Shown piece by piece: positions 1 through 10,005 of a DNA stretch of 64,000 nt. Under the pieces are notes generated by a model, which had not been told where the DNA came from, made no database searches, and saw only the letters and a list, made by a program, of their open reading frames with translations. The stretch is from Fistulifera solaris (taxonomy: Eukaryota), in assembly GCA_030295235.1 (NCBI GenBank), contig AP026126.1, positions 1,240,001 to 1,304,000 of the forward strand. Reading direction: 5' to 3'. The translations under genes and the position numbers were made by a program. Position 1 is the first letter of the stretch. Every line of letters begins with the position of its first letter.

Positions 1-1195
1 CACAGACGCTTGCTCGATTGGGAGGCGTGTACCGTGACCCTTGGCGCGTTGACCGTGATGCTAGTGCTCTGCTTCGGAGCAGCGTAGGGGCCTATTTAGT
101 ACCTATTATTGCTGATCATTTCGAAGACGACGGAACTGAAGCCCTTGTCCTAGATTTGAAAGGAACGATCGCTACTCATTACCGAGGAAATACCTATCAC
201 ATACTCGTCGAAATGTTCCTTGCGCCGGGCTACCCTGGTCGTCCGCCCATTTGTTTTGTGCGCCTTGCTGAGAACATGTTTTTCAAAGAAAATCACATGC
301 ACGTGGGATCAGATGGAAAGGTCTATCTTCCTTATTTGCATGAATGGAGTAGTCATACACACAATCTTATCGAGTTGGTTGTCGCTATGAGCTCCGTTTT
401 TCCGCAGACCCACCCGTTTTTACTCGAGCACCGACGGAAGGGCCGAACCGCCCGAATGATCCTCCTCTGCCGTTATTCTCTCCCACGACTTCGACGGTAT
501 CAACGTCATCGACTGCTTCTCACCAGAGCCATGATTATCATTTGCAACGGATGCAACAAGAGCAAAGAATGCAGGAGCAACTTCTTGTCGAACAACGGTT
601 AGCCGAATTACGCATCGCGGAACAGCGTGTAGCAGAAGAGGAAGCGCGGGAGCGTCAATTGCAGGCGCAAAGAGAATGGGAAGAACGACGAACGCAGCAA
701 GTGAGACAGGACGTGGCGAAGAAGATCACTTCTCACATTCAAGACTTATCGCAACAGTGCCAGCAAGAGTTACAGAATGACTGGAAGGATCAGCAAAACC
801 TGACGTACTCGGCAGAGCACAAGATTGAGCCACAAATCGAACTCTATAAAAAGAGTATTAATGATATGGAAAAGAGTATGAAAGAGGTTGACCGCAGCAT
901 CAGCGAAATTCAGGTATGGTTGCAACAGGCTGAAGAGCATAAAGAAGAAGACGCGCATATTCCGGTGGATGATTTAGTCCAACCTGCTCACCGTCACCAT
1001 GAGCAAATGTTGAACCTATCCGCTGAAAACGCTGCCATTTCAGACGCACTGTACTTTTTGGACCGTGCTCTCTATCAAGGGAACCTGACCTTGGAAACAC
1101 ATTTGCGTCATGTAAGGAGATTGTCGAAGAGGCAATTCCTCGTTCGTGCGCACTTGCTGAAGATCAGCCAAACTTTCATGGTAATTTCCCGATGA
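1..1195 (+). CDS. TSG101: ESCRT-I subunit TSG101/Vps23 (UEV domain, coiled coil, steadiness box); 5' end lies outside the window
   Basis: UEV motifs LKGTIATHYRGNTYHI, YPGRPPICFV and HVGSDGKVYLPYLHEW in ORF 18-602. Vps23-core motif AENAAISDALYFL..HLRHVRRLSKRQFL in ORF 542-1195. Joined by a frameshift near the T-run at about 400. Confidence 0.9.
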
Positions 1196-1353
1196 TAAAA
1201 TGCAAGTCAAAAACAAGTGTGCAGAAGATAAAAGATTTCAATAGTTAAAGAGTAGGAAACACGTATACTAATACTGACTAAACTCTCTAGGCTAAAGTAC
1301 CTCAAACAAATGATGGTGAGAGGGTGTAATCCTGCGACATCACAAATTCATCT

Positions 1354-2475
1354 TTAAAGCCAGTCGACGGCATCCAAAAGGAACTCTCCGAATTCAGGAT
1401 CGGCTTGCAACTCCGACAAAACAGTATTTTCCGCCTGGTCGAAACAGGGAAACAAGGTGCTGTCAATTGGATCCAAGTTGAGGGTTTCTACCGATGACTG
1501 ACAAGGATCCGGTTCAAGATACGGAGACGGGTCGGGAAGAAGAGGAAGCTGAGATGAGCCAGTGATCTTCACTGCTGGAATGGTGATCTTAGTGTTGTGA
1601 AAGTAGGATGGTATCCATTTTCAGCAACGACAAAACGAGAGCATGATCAGCCTTTAATCTGTCACATTAAGTGGTTGGGTGCAATAGCCATAGTGACATT
1701 TGCTTAGAACAGACGAAAATGACTGAAAAATTCAATCATACGTGCTGTGGGCTGGAACAGATCTACGGGGGTGCTCGAGTCCTGTCTTGTTAAGGTGAAT
1801 GATTCTTGACTAAGCTTGTCGAGAGATCATCTTAGATGGCTCAAATCCCACCTCTTCTTCCACGTCGCTGTCTTCATTCTTTACCATAACCTTGTCTGCA
1901 AAAGAGAGAAACGTAGTTGAAGTGGGTGAGGACCGGGGAGTTACCGTCTTAGCTTCCTGGGGAGGAGGAGTCTCAGATCGTGTCGTTCGTAACAGGATGA
2001 GCTCAGCTGATTCCGAAATGTAATTTCGTCCTTCTTCGTGAGCTTTAATTTTGCTCACGACAGTTTCGTATTTTTCTTTCCATTCTTCTAATTCAGTTTC
2101 TAATTCGTTGATGCGGTCGCGCTGACGTTGGCGACTGGCTGCAGCACTTTCCCTATTACGCTTGCGTCGCTGTTCCCTTCTCCAAGCAGCGGCTTCTTCC
2201 CTTGTCATGGGAATTTCCGGATTGTACTTCATCTGAGGCTTCTTCTCAGCATGTTTCATTCCCTTGTCGAGTACTTCCAGCTTGGGCCGCTTAGTGCCAT
2301 CGTGCGAGCTCGAACAAGAAGATTCATCACTGCTACTGCTGCCGAAGCTACTACGTTGCGTGACAAGAATTTCACGGCGACGCTTTCGCGCTTCACTTGG
2401 AGAATCATTCAGGAATGCAATACCATCCTGAGCGAAAGAAGGAACGAGAAGGGGTTGGGATACTACAGCCGTCAT
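1354..2475 (-). CDS. bZIP transcription factor, HAC1/XBP1-like organisation; unspliced ORF 2475-1810 plus in-frame acidic C-terminal exon 1574-1354
   Basis: Basic region RRKRNRESAAASRQRQRDRI followed by a leucine heptad (LETELEEW). The downstream ORF is in the same frame and ends in an acidic/hydrophobic tail (EFGEFLLDAVDWL). Confidence 0.85.
1575..1814 (-). other. Putative IRE1-type unconventional intron, 240 nt
   Basis: 5' hairpin AUGAU-UCU-GAC[AAG|CUUA]GUC-AGA-AUCAU and 3' hairpin UUC[CAG|CAGU]GAA. Joining after the third loop base (G) in each gives in-frame R-Q-A-V-K-I-T and removes the TAG. Confidence 0.6.
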
Positions 2476-2818
2476 GGTTGGTTTTGAAACTAAGCAACTA
2501 TCATGCGCCTTTTTGTAAATTAATCAATTCGCAAACAAGTTTGCACTTGGGATTTTTTTAAACTTTGATGGTCAGTTACGCAAGTCTTGCTTGCTTGATC
2601 GATTAAAGCGTCACGAAACGCGAAAACGGAAATGTACGGCTGTTATTCAGTTCTAAATGGGCATCGAATGTAATACCGGGTGCTAAAACTTTCTTTCTGT
2701 TTCATATTCAATAGGAATCTGGTTTAAATTAAAATATACATTTTCAACTTCAACGTTGTTTCATAGGACAAAAGATCTGATGGGAATTGGAATGCTGATG
2801 ATGATGATTCAGTCCCTC

Positions 2819-2912
2819 TACGTCATTTCACATGCACTTACGTCATCACTCTGGTCACAATGTCACAATTGGGTCACGGGTGTAGGGTCACGGTCACGGG
2901 TAAAGGGTCACT
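2819..2912. promoter_or_regulatory. Motif cluster upstream of the bZIP gene
   Basis: TACGTCA (reverse complement TGACGTA) at 2819 and 2839, and six GTCAC copies between 2854 and 2911. Confidence 0.4.
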
Positions 2913-2989
2913 TGTCAATTGTTTTTAGTTTTATCCCCGCACCCGCATGCTACGAAACGACGTGCTAGTGAGCTAGGCACCAAGAATAT

Positions 2990-3860
2990 CATGTACTAAA
3001 TCTTTCAAACACACCAGATAAATAAGCTGTGTGCATGCTTATGACTAACCAGACGACTTTTGAACGGAGCTTCACATTGCGGTATTCTCCAAAAGGTACA
3101 CATCCCACAACATAGAAACAAGCGGATAGGCCTGAACCATGTCAGACAAAGCATAATCAACAAGCTGCCCTCCCTTGAACTGTAATACATTTCCCAACGC
3201 ACAAACCGCTCCTGCAGCGAAAGCCAGTAGACGATCAATCAACGAGTCTCGGCAAAAGTAAGCTGTCCAAAGCCGTATAGCGTTTGAGCAATTTGTTCTG
3301 CCTTGAAGAGCCAGCCTTTCATGCCACATAAGGAGACCATTTCCGAAAACACTAGCCGAACATAAAAGCTACGCTGAACCAAAAGTTAGCCTCCGCAATC
3401 AATGAATCTTGACTGGCGTTTGAATCATTTGGGTCCATGTTGTTGCTTGCCCATCGAAACGGATCGTTGACGGCGTTGTTGAATGCGGGCGAAAAGAAGC
3501 CAAAGCATATTCCACCTGCAAGTGCTACCACAACAGCCCAACGAGCGTCTTTGTAACCCTCATTTGATTCCTGTGATGAGTTGGGTAGTGAACTGAGCGA
3601 GGTTACATTGGATTGTTCATAAAGCTGGTAAGAAAAATCACGTTCCATTTCCTTTCTGAACTTGCGCCAGCGAAAGCATATTGTTCGGCTACCACAGCTT
3701 CGCTCACTGTCGTTTTAAGCACATTCATTAATTACTGGATCGATCCCTCATTTACTTCCCGTCCCCGTTTGCTGTTTGGTGGTGTCCTGGTCTTTTTTGG
3801 TGGGTATTTCTTTGCTACCCTGGCGCAGATTTTGTATGCACAAGAATGCGGTGAGGCAAA
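2990..3860 (-). pseudogene. Rearranged ureide permease (UPS family) remnant
   Basis: The minus strand gives AGGICFGFFSPAFN-A-ND, LGNVLQFKGGQ..DMVQAYPLVSMLW and FGEYR (C-terminal half). The plus strand at about 3690-3850 gives TASLTVVLSTFINYW..LLFGGVLVF, a more N-terminal segment in inverted orientation. No N-terminus is visible. Confidence 0.75.
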
Positions 3861-3953
3861 TGTCTTTATGACAACCGTTTCACAGAGATGGAGCTAGAGA
3901 GGAGATAGAACTGGACAAAGTTCATCCTCCATCTTGTGGCGGTGAAGAACCTT

Positions 3954-4233
3954 GATTGTCTGTATGAATGAAGTACAACAGGTCCAGAATTACTGGACCG
4001 TCCAAGATTTTCCGTACAAATGAATAACAACTGGTCCAGAATTTCTGGACTATCCCCGATTTTCCGTACAAATGAATAACAATTGGTCCAAAATTTCTGG
4101 ACCGCCCGGATCTTCTGTATGAATGAAATTCAACTGGTCCAGAATTTAGGGACCGTCCCCGATTTTCTGTATGAACGAAATACAACTGGTCCAGAATTTC
4201 TGGACCGTCCGGATTTTCTGTATGAATGAAATT
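3954..4233. repeat. 51-52 bp minisatellite, about 5.4 units, each with an internal palindrome
   Basis: Consensus GTATGAATGAAATACAACT-GGTCCAGAA-T-TTCTGGACC-GTCCCCGATTTTCT. Confidence 0.93.
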
Positions 4234-4550
4234 CCCCCAATAAGTGTTATCTGGACGCAACCACGACTGCATTCCACTAAAAAATCCATTTTGTCGCAAT
4301 TAGCCAGAATACGAGTCTATGCTCACTAACTTCCACATATTCTTTTAAGAACGGAATATGCTGAACGCAGTTTGGAGTAAGGGTTTTGTAACGATAGCTT
4401 TCCAAATACACAGAGATTAACCATTAGCTTTTTTCTGTCTTGTTGTCTTGGAAATTCATCAAACTTTCGCTGTGAAGTTTTATAACTTGGATGTGGCTCA
4501 GAAACTATGACCCGAAAGCAGCTTGTTACGAATTAGTCTTATTTTCACTG

Positions 4551-5540
4551 TCAAAACTTATTTTGCTTGGCAATATTTCCCGCCCTTACACGGCTAGATT
4601 GCTGAACATCACTTTTGAGTCCATGGCCCCTTTCTTGGCTTACTAAGACCGCTCCTTCAAATGTTCCGTCCTCTCGCTTCCATCCTTCGTTGGCGATGAC
4701 GGCACTATAAACCGGTATATCAAACCAGTTATTGTCAGCCAGCCAAACGTCGATCGGGCCTTGGACAGGTAACTTGTTGAGTAGAATCAGAGCCGCTTGC
4801 TGGGTGATCAGGTACGCATGCGTATGGTAACCATACTCAGGTTGATAAATCTCAACTGTGTACAAGTACTTAGACTTATGCCGGTTTTTATTGTGCATCG
4901 CTTCTACGTAGTGCCGTTCTCCTCGGCCAGAAAATCCCAAGTAGAGAATGCCCCAGTCACTCGGAACGTTGTCCAGAGCTTGCGCCAACACATCTACAAA
5001 TCGAGATCTACCAGCTACTGACGAGAAGACGGCATCATCTTCCAACACCATCATTACTGGATTTTCGCTTGACGATTCCGTTGAAGTAAGAATTTTCCAT
5101 AGTTCGACATGCGACAAAGCACAACCAACTTCCCCAGCCGTCATCGTTTTAGTACCTGGACGTGCTCTCGAACTGTATTTTGCATTTATTGATGCATCCC
5201 ATACTAGCTTAATGCAATCGTCGCTGCATCTACCTTCGCGCAAAACGTGTTTTCCATTGACGGCATCGAACCTCTTGACCAGCCCGGCGAATTCGCTGTG
5301 GACATTCAGAGCCCTATTCTGGAAAGCACGCCATTTGTCCGGGCGTTCCGATAGATTGATGCAATAATAGAGCGTGATTTGACCAAAATCAGGGGGTAGT
5401 TGCGTGGTTCTATTGTAGGCTAATGAACCATAATTTTCTTTGCAAGGAGTACGCTTGTTGGAATTTAATGGAGGTTTATTGCTCTCGTTGCAGCCTTCCC
5501 CTTCTTTTGAACGTCGCTTGTGCGGCGGGACATAGGCCAT
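4551..5540 (-). CDS. Glycosyltransferase family 25 protein, copy 1
   Basis: INLSERPDKW, RFDAVNG, GEVGCALSHVELW, VLEDDA, WGILYLG, THAYLIT and PIDVWL motifs. Confidence 0.88.
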   Translation of the reverse strand: MAYVPPHKRRSKEGEGCNESNKPPLNSNKRTPCKENYGSLAYNRTTQLPPDFGQITLYYCINLSERPDKWRAFQNRALNVHSEFAGLVKRFDAVNGKHVLREGRCSDDCIKLVWDASINAKYSSRARPGTKTMTAGEVGCALSHVELWKILTSTESSSENPVMMVLEDDAVFSSVAGRSRFVDVLAQALDNVPSDWGILYLGFSGRGERHYVEAMHNKNRHKSKYLYTVEIYQPEYGYHTHAYLITQQAALILLNKLPVQGPIDVWLADNNWFDIPVYSAVIANEGWKREDGTFEGAVLVSQERGHGLKSDVQQSSRVRAGNIAKQNKF

Positions 5541-6014
5541 CGCCTAGGAACACTGTTTTGCGGCAACCGGATCAAAAACAATATAATCATTAATCAGCAT
5601 CACAAATGCTTTCCTTGCAGCTTCGGTTTTGGAACGGAAACGACGGAAAACGGAAACAAAAGGTCGCAGTATTTCAAGTTCGCGAGTCCCGACATTGCAA
5701 AATCTTTTGCTTTAGTCACGGATCCTGTTCCTGTTGAAAAGCCCACTGCGACAAGATCCAAAACCACATGCGTTCTTGGTTCTACATGCCTTCTTGGTTC
5801 TTGGGCCAAGAAAGGCCGCATTTCTTCGATAAAAAAAATCGATGACATTTTAAATTTTTGTTATCTTTCCAGTTTGTAGCACTTTCTACATTACTACAGT
5901 ACAAAGTTAAAACCAAGCGAATTATACTGATACTACGTATTTATTCCTAATTTCCTCAAGTCAGAATGCAAAATTTGATGTTCATTATTTATAAATATAA
6001 AAGAAAGAAATAAA

Positions 6015-6294
6015 GCGGGAGCTGGAGATTACGCGAAAGTCGCTTAAAATTCTGTGAAACTACCATTTTTCATGACGGTGTTGCGTCCGAAGTTGTTGTT
6101 ACAAAGCAACGACGCTCAATGCGAATCACATAAGGCTTCAAATGGGTTACATTTCGGTTGAATTATGGTCAATTAGGTCCTTTGCAACCGTGTGAGCTTC
6201 ACCTGTCATTAAATAAGTGACTTCACACCCCGGAGATGCTGCTGTGGTTGTGGTTCTCCGAGTGAAGTCTTTCGTTTGAGGTCTTGCCAGCCCG
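6015..6294 (-). ncRNA. Candidate ~280-nt structured non-coding RNA of unknown family, copy 1; strand tentative
   Basis: Nested complementary pairs: 6019-25/6287-93, 6034-39/6269-74, 6072-80/6200-09, 6083-87/6111-15, 6140-44/6150-54, 6155-60/6185-90, 6219-26/6262-69, 6231-36/6255-60. Minus-strand TATATAAA about 30 nt upstream and a T-rich tract directly downstream. Confidence 0.5.
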
Positions 6295-6316
6295 TCAAAT
6301 GAGCGACGTCTTTCAC

Positions 6317-6371
6317 TTTATATAGCCCATCACATGCACTGAATCTGGAGATACATGTTTTGCGTGGGTCA
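6317..6371 (-). promoter_or_regulatory. Possible snRNA-type promoter (USE-like element plus TATA box)
   Basis: Minus strand TGACCCACGCAAAA (6371-6358) and TATATAAA (6324-6317) precede the structured segment. Confidence 0.4.
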
Positions 6372-7250
6372 CAGGACTTTTGTGCATAAAATTCTGGTAC
6401 TGATTATATTTTCGGTCTTCATAACGTGATGATGATTCGATCCACGTTGTGCATGTTGCTGTTTTGGTGCTGCTGTAGCTACGCGGATCCGAAATAATCG
6501 GAAGACGTTTGTCCCTTCATGACGCAAGGGAATTACCCATGATCTACTCACGGCTATACGTCATTGCAAAACAAAACACAAGCACAAGTCCCGATGCCGC
6601 TGCAAAGCCGTAATGCTACGGGTTCTTGCTGCCATTAGATTTACGGCGTTTAAAGACTTTTACATTGTACAAACATTATTTAGAAGTGTACTCCTCGAAA
6701 TACACACCTATTTATCGGCTTGATCTTGCAATAGCTTTCGTTGCGCTTCGAGCAAATGTTGAAGAAGCATCGTTCGATGGTTACTTGGTAACTGGTTCCA
6801 AAGCATATTCCACCTGCAAGTGCTACCACAACAGCCCAACGAGCGTCTTTGTAACCCTCATTTGATTCCTGTGATGAGTTGGGTAGTGAACTGAGCGAGG
6901 TTACATTGGATTGTTCATAAAGCTGGTAAGAAAAATCACGTTCCATTTCCTTTCTGAACTTGCGCCAGCGAAAGCATATTGTTCGGCTACCACAGCTTCG
7001 CTCACTGTCGTTTTAAGCACATTCATTAATTACTGGATCGATCCCTCATTTACTTCCCGTCCCCGTTTGCTGTTTGGTGGTGTCCTGGTCTTTTTGGTGG
7101 GTATTTCTTTGCTACCCTGGCGCAGATTTTGTATGCACAAGAATGCGGTGAGGCAAATGTCTTTATGACAACCGTTTCACAGAGATGGAGCTAGAGAGGA
7201 GATAGAACTGGACAAAGTTCATCCTCCATCTTGTGGCGGTGAAGAACCTT

Positions 7251-7530
7251 GATTGTCTGTATGAATGAAGTACAACAGGTCCAGAATTACTGGACCGTCC
7301 AAGATTTTCCGTACAAATGAATAACAACTGGTCCAGAATTTCTGGACTATCCCCGATTTTCCGTACAAATGAATAACAATTGGTCCAAAATTTCTGGACC
7401 GCCCGGATCTTCTGTATGAATGAAATTCAACTGGTCCAGAATTTAGGGACCGTCCCCGATTTTCTGTATGAACGAAATACAACTGGTCCAGAATTTCTGG
7501 ACCGTCCGGATTTTCTGTATGAATGAAATT
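7251..7530. repeat. 51-52 bp palindromic minisatellite, duplicated copy
   Basis: Same sequence as 3954-4233. Confidence 0.93.
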
Positions 7531-7847
7531 CCCCCAATAAGTGTTATCTGGACGCAACCACGACTGCATTCCACTAAAAAATCCATTTTGTCGCAATTAG
7601 CCAGAATACGAGTCTATGCTCACTAACTTCCACATATTCTTTTAAGAACGGAATATGCTGAACGCAGTTTGGAGTAAGGGTTTTGTAACGATAGCTTTCC
7701 AAATACACAGAGATTAACCATTAGCTTTTTTCTGTCTTGTTGTCTTGGAAATTCATCAAACTTTCGCTGTGAAGTTTTATAACTTGGATGTGGCTCAGAA
7801 ACTATGACCCGAAAGCAGCTTGTTACGAATTAGTCTTATTTTCACTG

Positions 7848-8837
7848 TCAAAACTTATTTTGCTTGGCAATATTTCCCGCCCTTACACGGCTAGATTGCT
7901 GAACATCACTTTTGAGTCCATGGCCCCTTTCTTGGCTTACTAAGACCGCTCCTTCAAATGTTCCGTCCTCTCGCTTCCATCCTTCGTTGGCGATGACGGC
8001 ACTATAAACCGGTATATCAAACCAGTTATTGTCAGCCAGCCAAACGTCGATCGGGCCTTGGACAGGTAACTTGTTGAGTAGAATCAGAGCCGCTTGCTGG
8101 GTGATCAGGTACGCATGCGTATGGTAACCATACTCAGGTTGATAAATCTCAACTGTGTACAAGTACTTAGACTTATGCCGGTTTTTATTGTGCATCGCTT
8201 CTACGTAGTGCCGTTCTCCTCGGCCAGAAAATCCCAAGTAGAGAATGCCCCAGTCACTCGGAACGTTGTCCAGAGCTTGCGCCAACACATCTACAAATCG
8301 AGATCTACCAGCTACTGACGAGAAGACGGCATCATCTTCCAACACCATCATTACTGGATTTTCGCTTGACGATTCCGTTGAAGTAAGAATTTTCCATAGT
8401 TCGACATGCGACAAAGCACAACCAACTTCCCCAGCCGTCATCGTTTTAGTACCTGGACGTGCTCTCGAACTGTATTTTGCATTTATTGATGCATCCCATA
8501 CTAGCTTAATGCAATCGTCGCTGCATCTACCTTCGCGCAAAACGTGTTTTCCATTGACGGCATCGAACCTCTTGACCAGCCCGGCGAATTCGCTGTGGAC
8601 ATTCAGAGCCCTATTCTGGAAAGCACGCCATTTGTCCGGGCGTTCCGATAGATTGATGCAATAATAGAGCGTGATTTGACCAAAATCAGGGGGTAGTTGC
8701 GTGGTTCTATTGTAGGCTAATGAACCATAATTTTCTTTGCAAGGAGTACGCTTGTTGGAATTTAATGGAGGTTTATTGCTCTCGTTGCAGCCTTCCCCTT
8801 CTTTTGAACGTCGCTTGTGCGGCGGGACATAGGCCAT
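7848..8837 (-). CDS. Glycosyltransferase family 25 protein, copy 2
   Basis: Translation identical to 4551-5540. Confidence 0.88.
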   Translation of the reverse strand: MAYVPPHKRRSKEGEGCNESNKPPLNSNKRTPCKENYGSLAYNRTTQLPPDFGQITLYYCINLSERPDKWRAFQNRALNVHSEFAGLVKRFDAVNGKHVLREGRCSDDCIKLVWDASINAKYSSRARPGTKTMTAGEVGCALSHVELWKILTSTESSSENPVMMVLEDDAVFSSVAGRSRFVDVLAQALDNVPSDWGILYLGFSGRGERHYVEAMHNKNRHKSKYLYTVEIYQPEYGYHTHAYLITQQAALILLNKLPVQGPIDVWLADNNWFDIPVYSAVIANEGWKREDGTFEGAVLVSQERGHGLKSDVQQSSRVRAGNIAKQNKF

Positions 8838-9312
8838 CGCCTAGGAACACTGTTTTGCGGCAACCGGATCAAAAACAATATAATCATTAATCAGCATCAC
8901 AAATGCTTTCCTTGCAGCTTCGGTTTTGGAACGGAAACGACGGAAAACGGAAACAAAAGGTCGCAGTATTTCAAGTTCGCGAGTCCCGACATTGCAAAAT
9001 CTTTTGCTTTAGTCACGGATCCTGTTCCTGTTGAAAAGCCCACTGCGACAAGATCCAAAACCACATGCGTTCTTGGTTCTACATGCCTTCTTGGTTCTTG
9101 GGCCAAGAAAGGCCGCATTTCTTCGATAAAAAAAATCGATGACATTTTAAATTTTTTGTTATCTTTCCAGTTTGTAGCACTTTCTACATTACTACAGTAC
9201 AAAGTTAAAACCAAGCGAATTATACTGATACTACGTATTTATTCCTAATTTCCTCAAGTCAGAATGCAAAATTTGATGTTCATTATTTATAAATATAAAA
9301 GAAAGAAATAAA

Positions 9313-9592
9313 GCGGGAGCTGGAGATTACGCGAAAGTCGCTTAAAATTCTGTGAAACTACCATTTTTCATGACGGTGTTGCGTCCGAAGTTGTTGTTAC
9401 AAAGCAACGACGCTCAATGCGAATCACATAAGGCTTCAAATGGGTTACATTTCGGTTGAATTATGGTCAATTAGGTCCTTTGCAACCGTGTGAGCTTCAC
9501 CTGTCATTAAATAAGTGACTTCACACCCCGGAGATGCTGCTGTGGTTGTGGTTCTCCGAGTGAAGTCTTTCGTTTGAGGTCTTGCCAGCCCG
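9313..9592 (-). ncRNA. Candidate structured non-coding RNA, copy 2
   Basis: Same sequence and flanks as 6015-6294. Confidence 0.5.
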
Positions 9593-10005
9593 TCAAATGA
9601 GCGACGTCTTTCACTTTATATAGCCCATCACATGCACTGAATCTGGAGATACATGTTTTGCGTGGGTCACAGGACTTTTGTGCATAAAATTCTGGTACTG
9701 ATTATATTTTCGGTCTTCATAACGTGATGATGATTCGATCCACGTTGTGCATGTTGCTGTTTTGGTGCTGCTGTAGCTACGCGGATCCGAAATAATCGGA
9801 AGACGTTTGTCCCTTCATGACGCAAGGGAATTACCCATGATCTACTCACGGCTATACGTCATTGCAAAACAAAACACAAGCACAAGTCCCGATGCCGCTG
9901 CAAAGCCGTAATGCTACGGGTTCTTGCTGCCATTAGATTTACGGCGTTTAAAGACTTTTACATTGTACAAACATTATTTAGAAGTGTACTCCTCGAAATA
10001 CACAC

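Noticed and set aside
3954..4233. Palindromic repeat array as a CRISPR array
   Set aside because: The sequence between palindromes is itself repeated, so there are no unique spacers. No cas genes are present and the context is eukaryotic.
3922..4299. 125-aa ORF (and its copy at 7219-7596)
   Set aside because: Translation of the minisatellite; non-ATG start and no protein-like features.
6015..6294. Assignment of the structured segment to telomerase RNA, RNase MRP/P, SRP or a spliceosomal snRNA
   Set aside because: No CUAACCCU-type template, no MRP/P conserved region V, no SRP helix-8 motif and no U1-U6 signatures were found, so it is left unassigned.
6680..6946. 88-aa chimeric ORF at the duplication junction
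   Set aside because: A UPS fragment read into an off-frame piece of the neighbouring gene; a by-product of the breakpoint.
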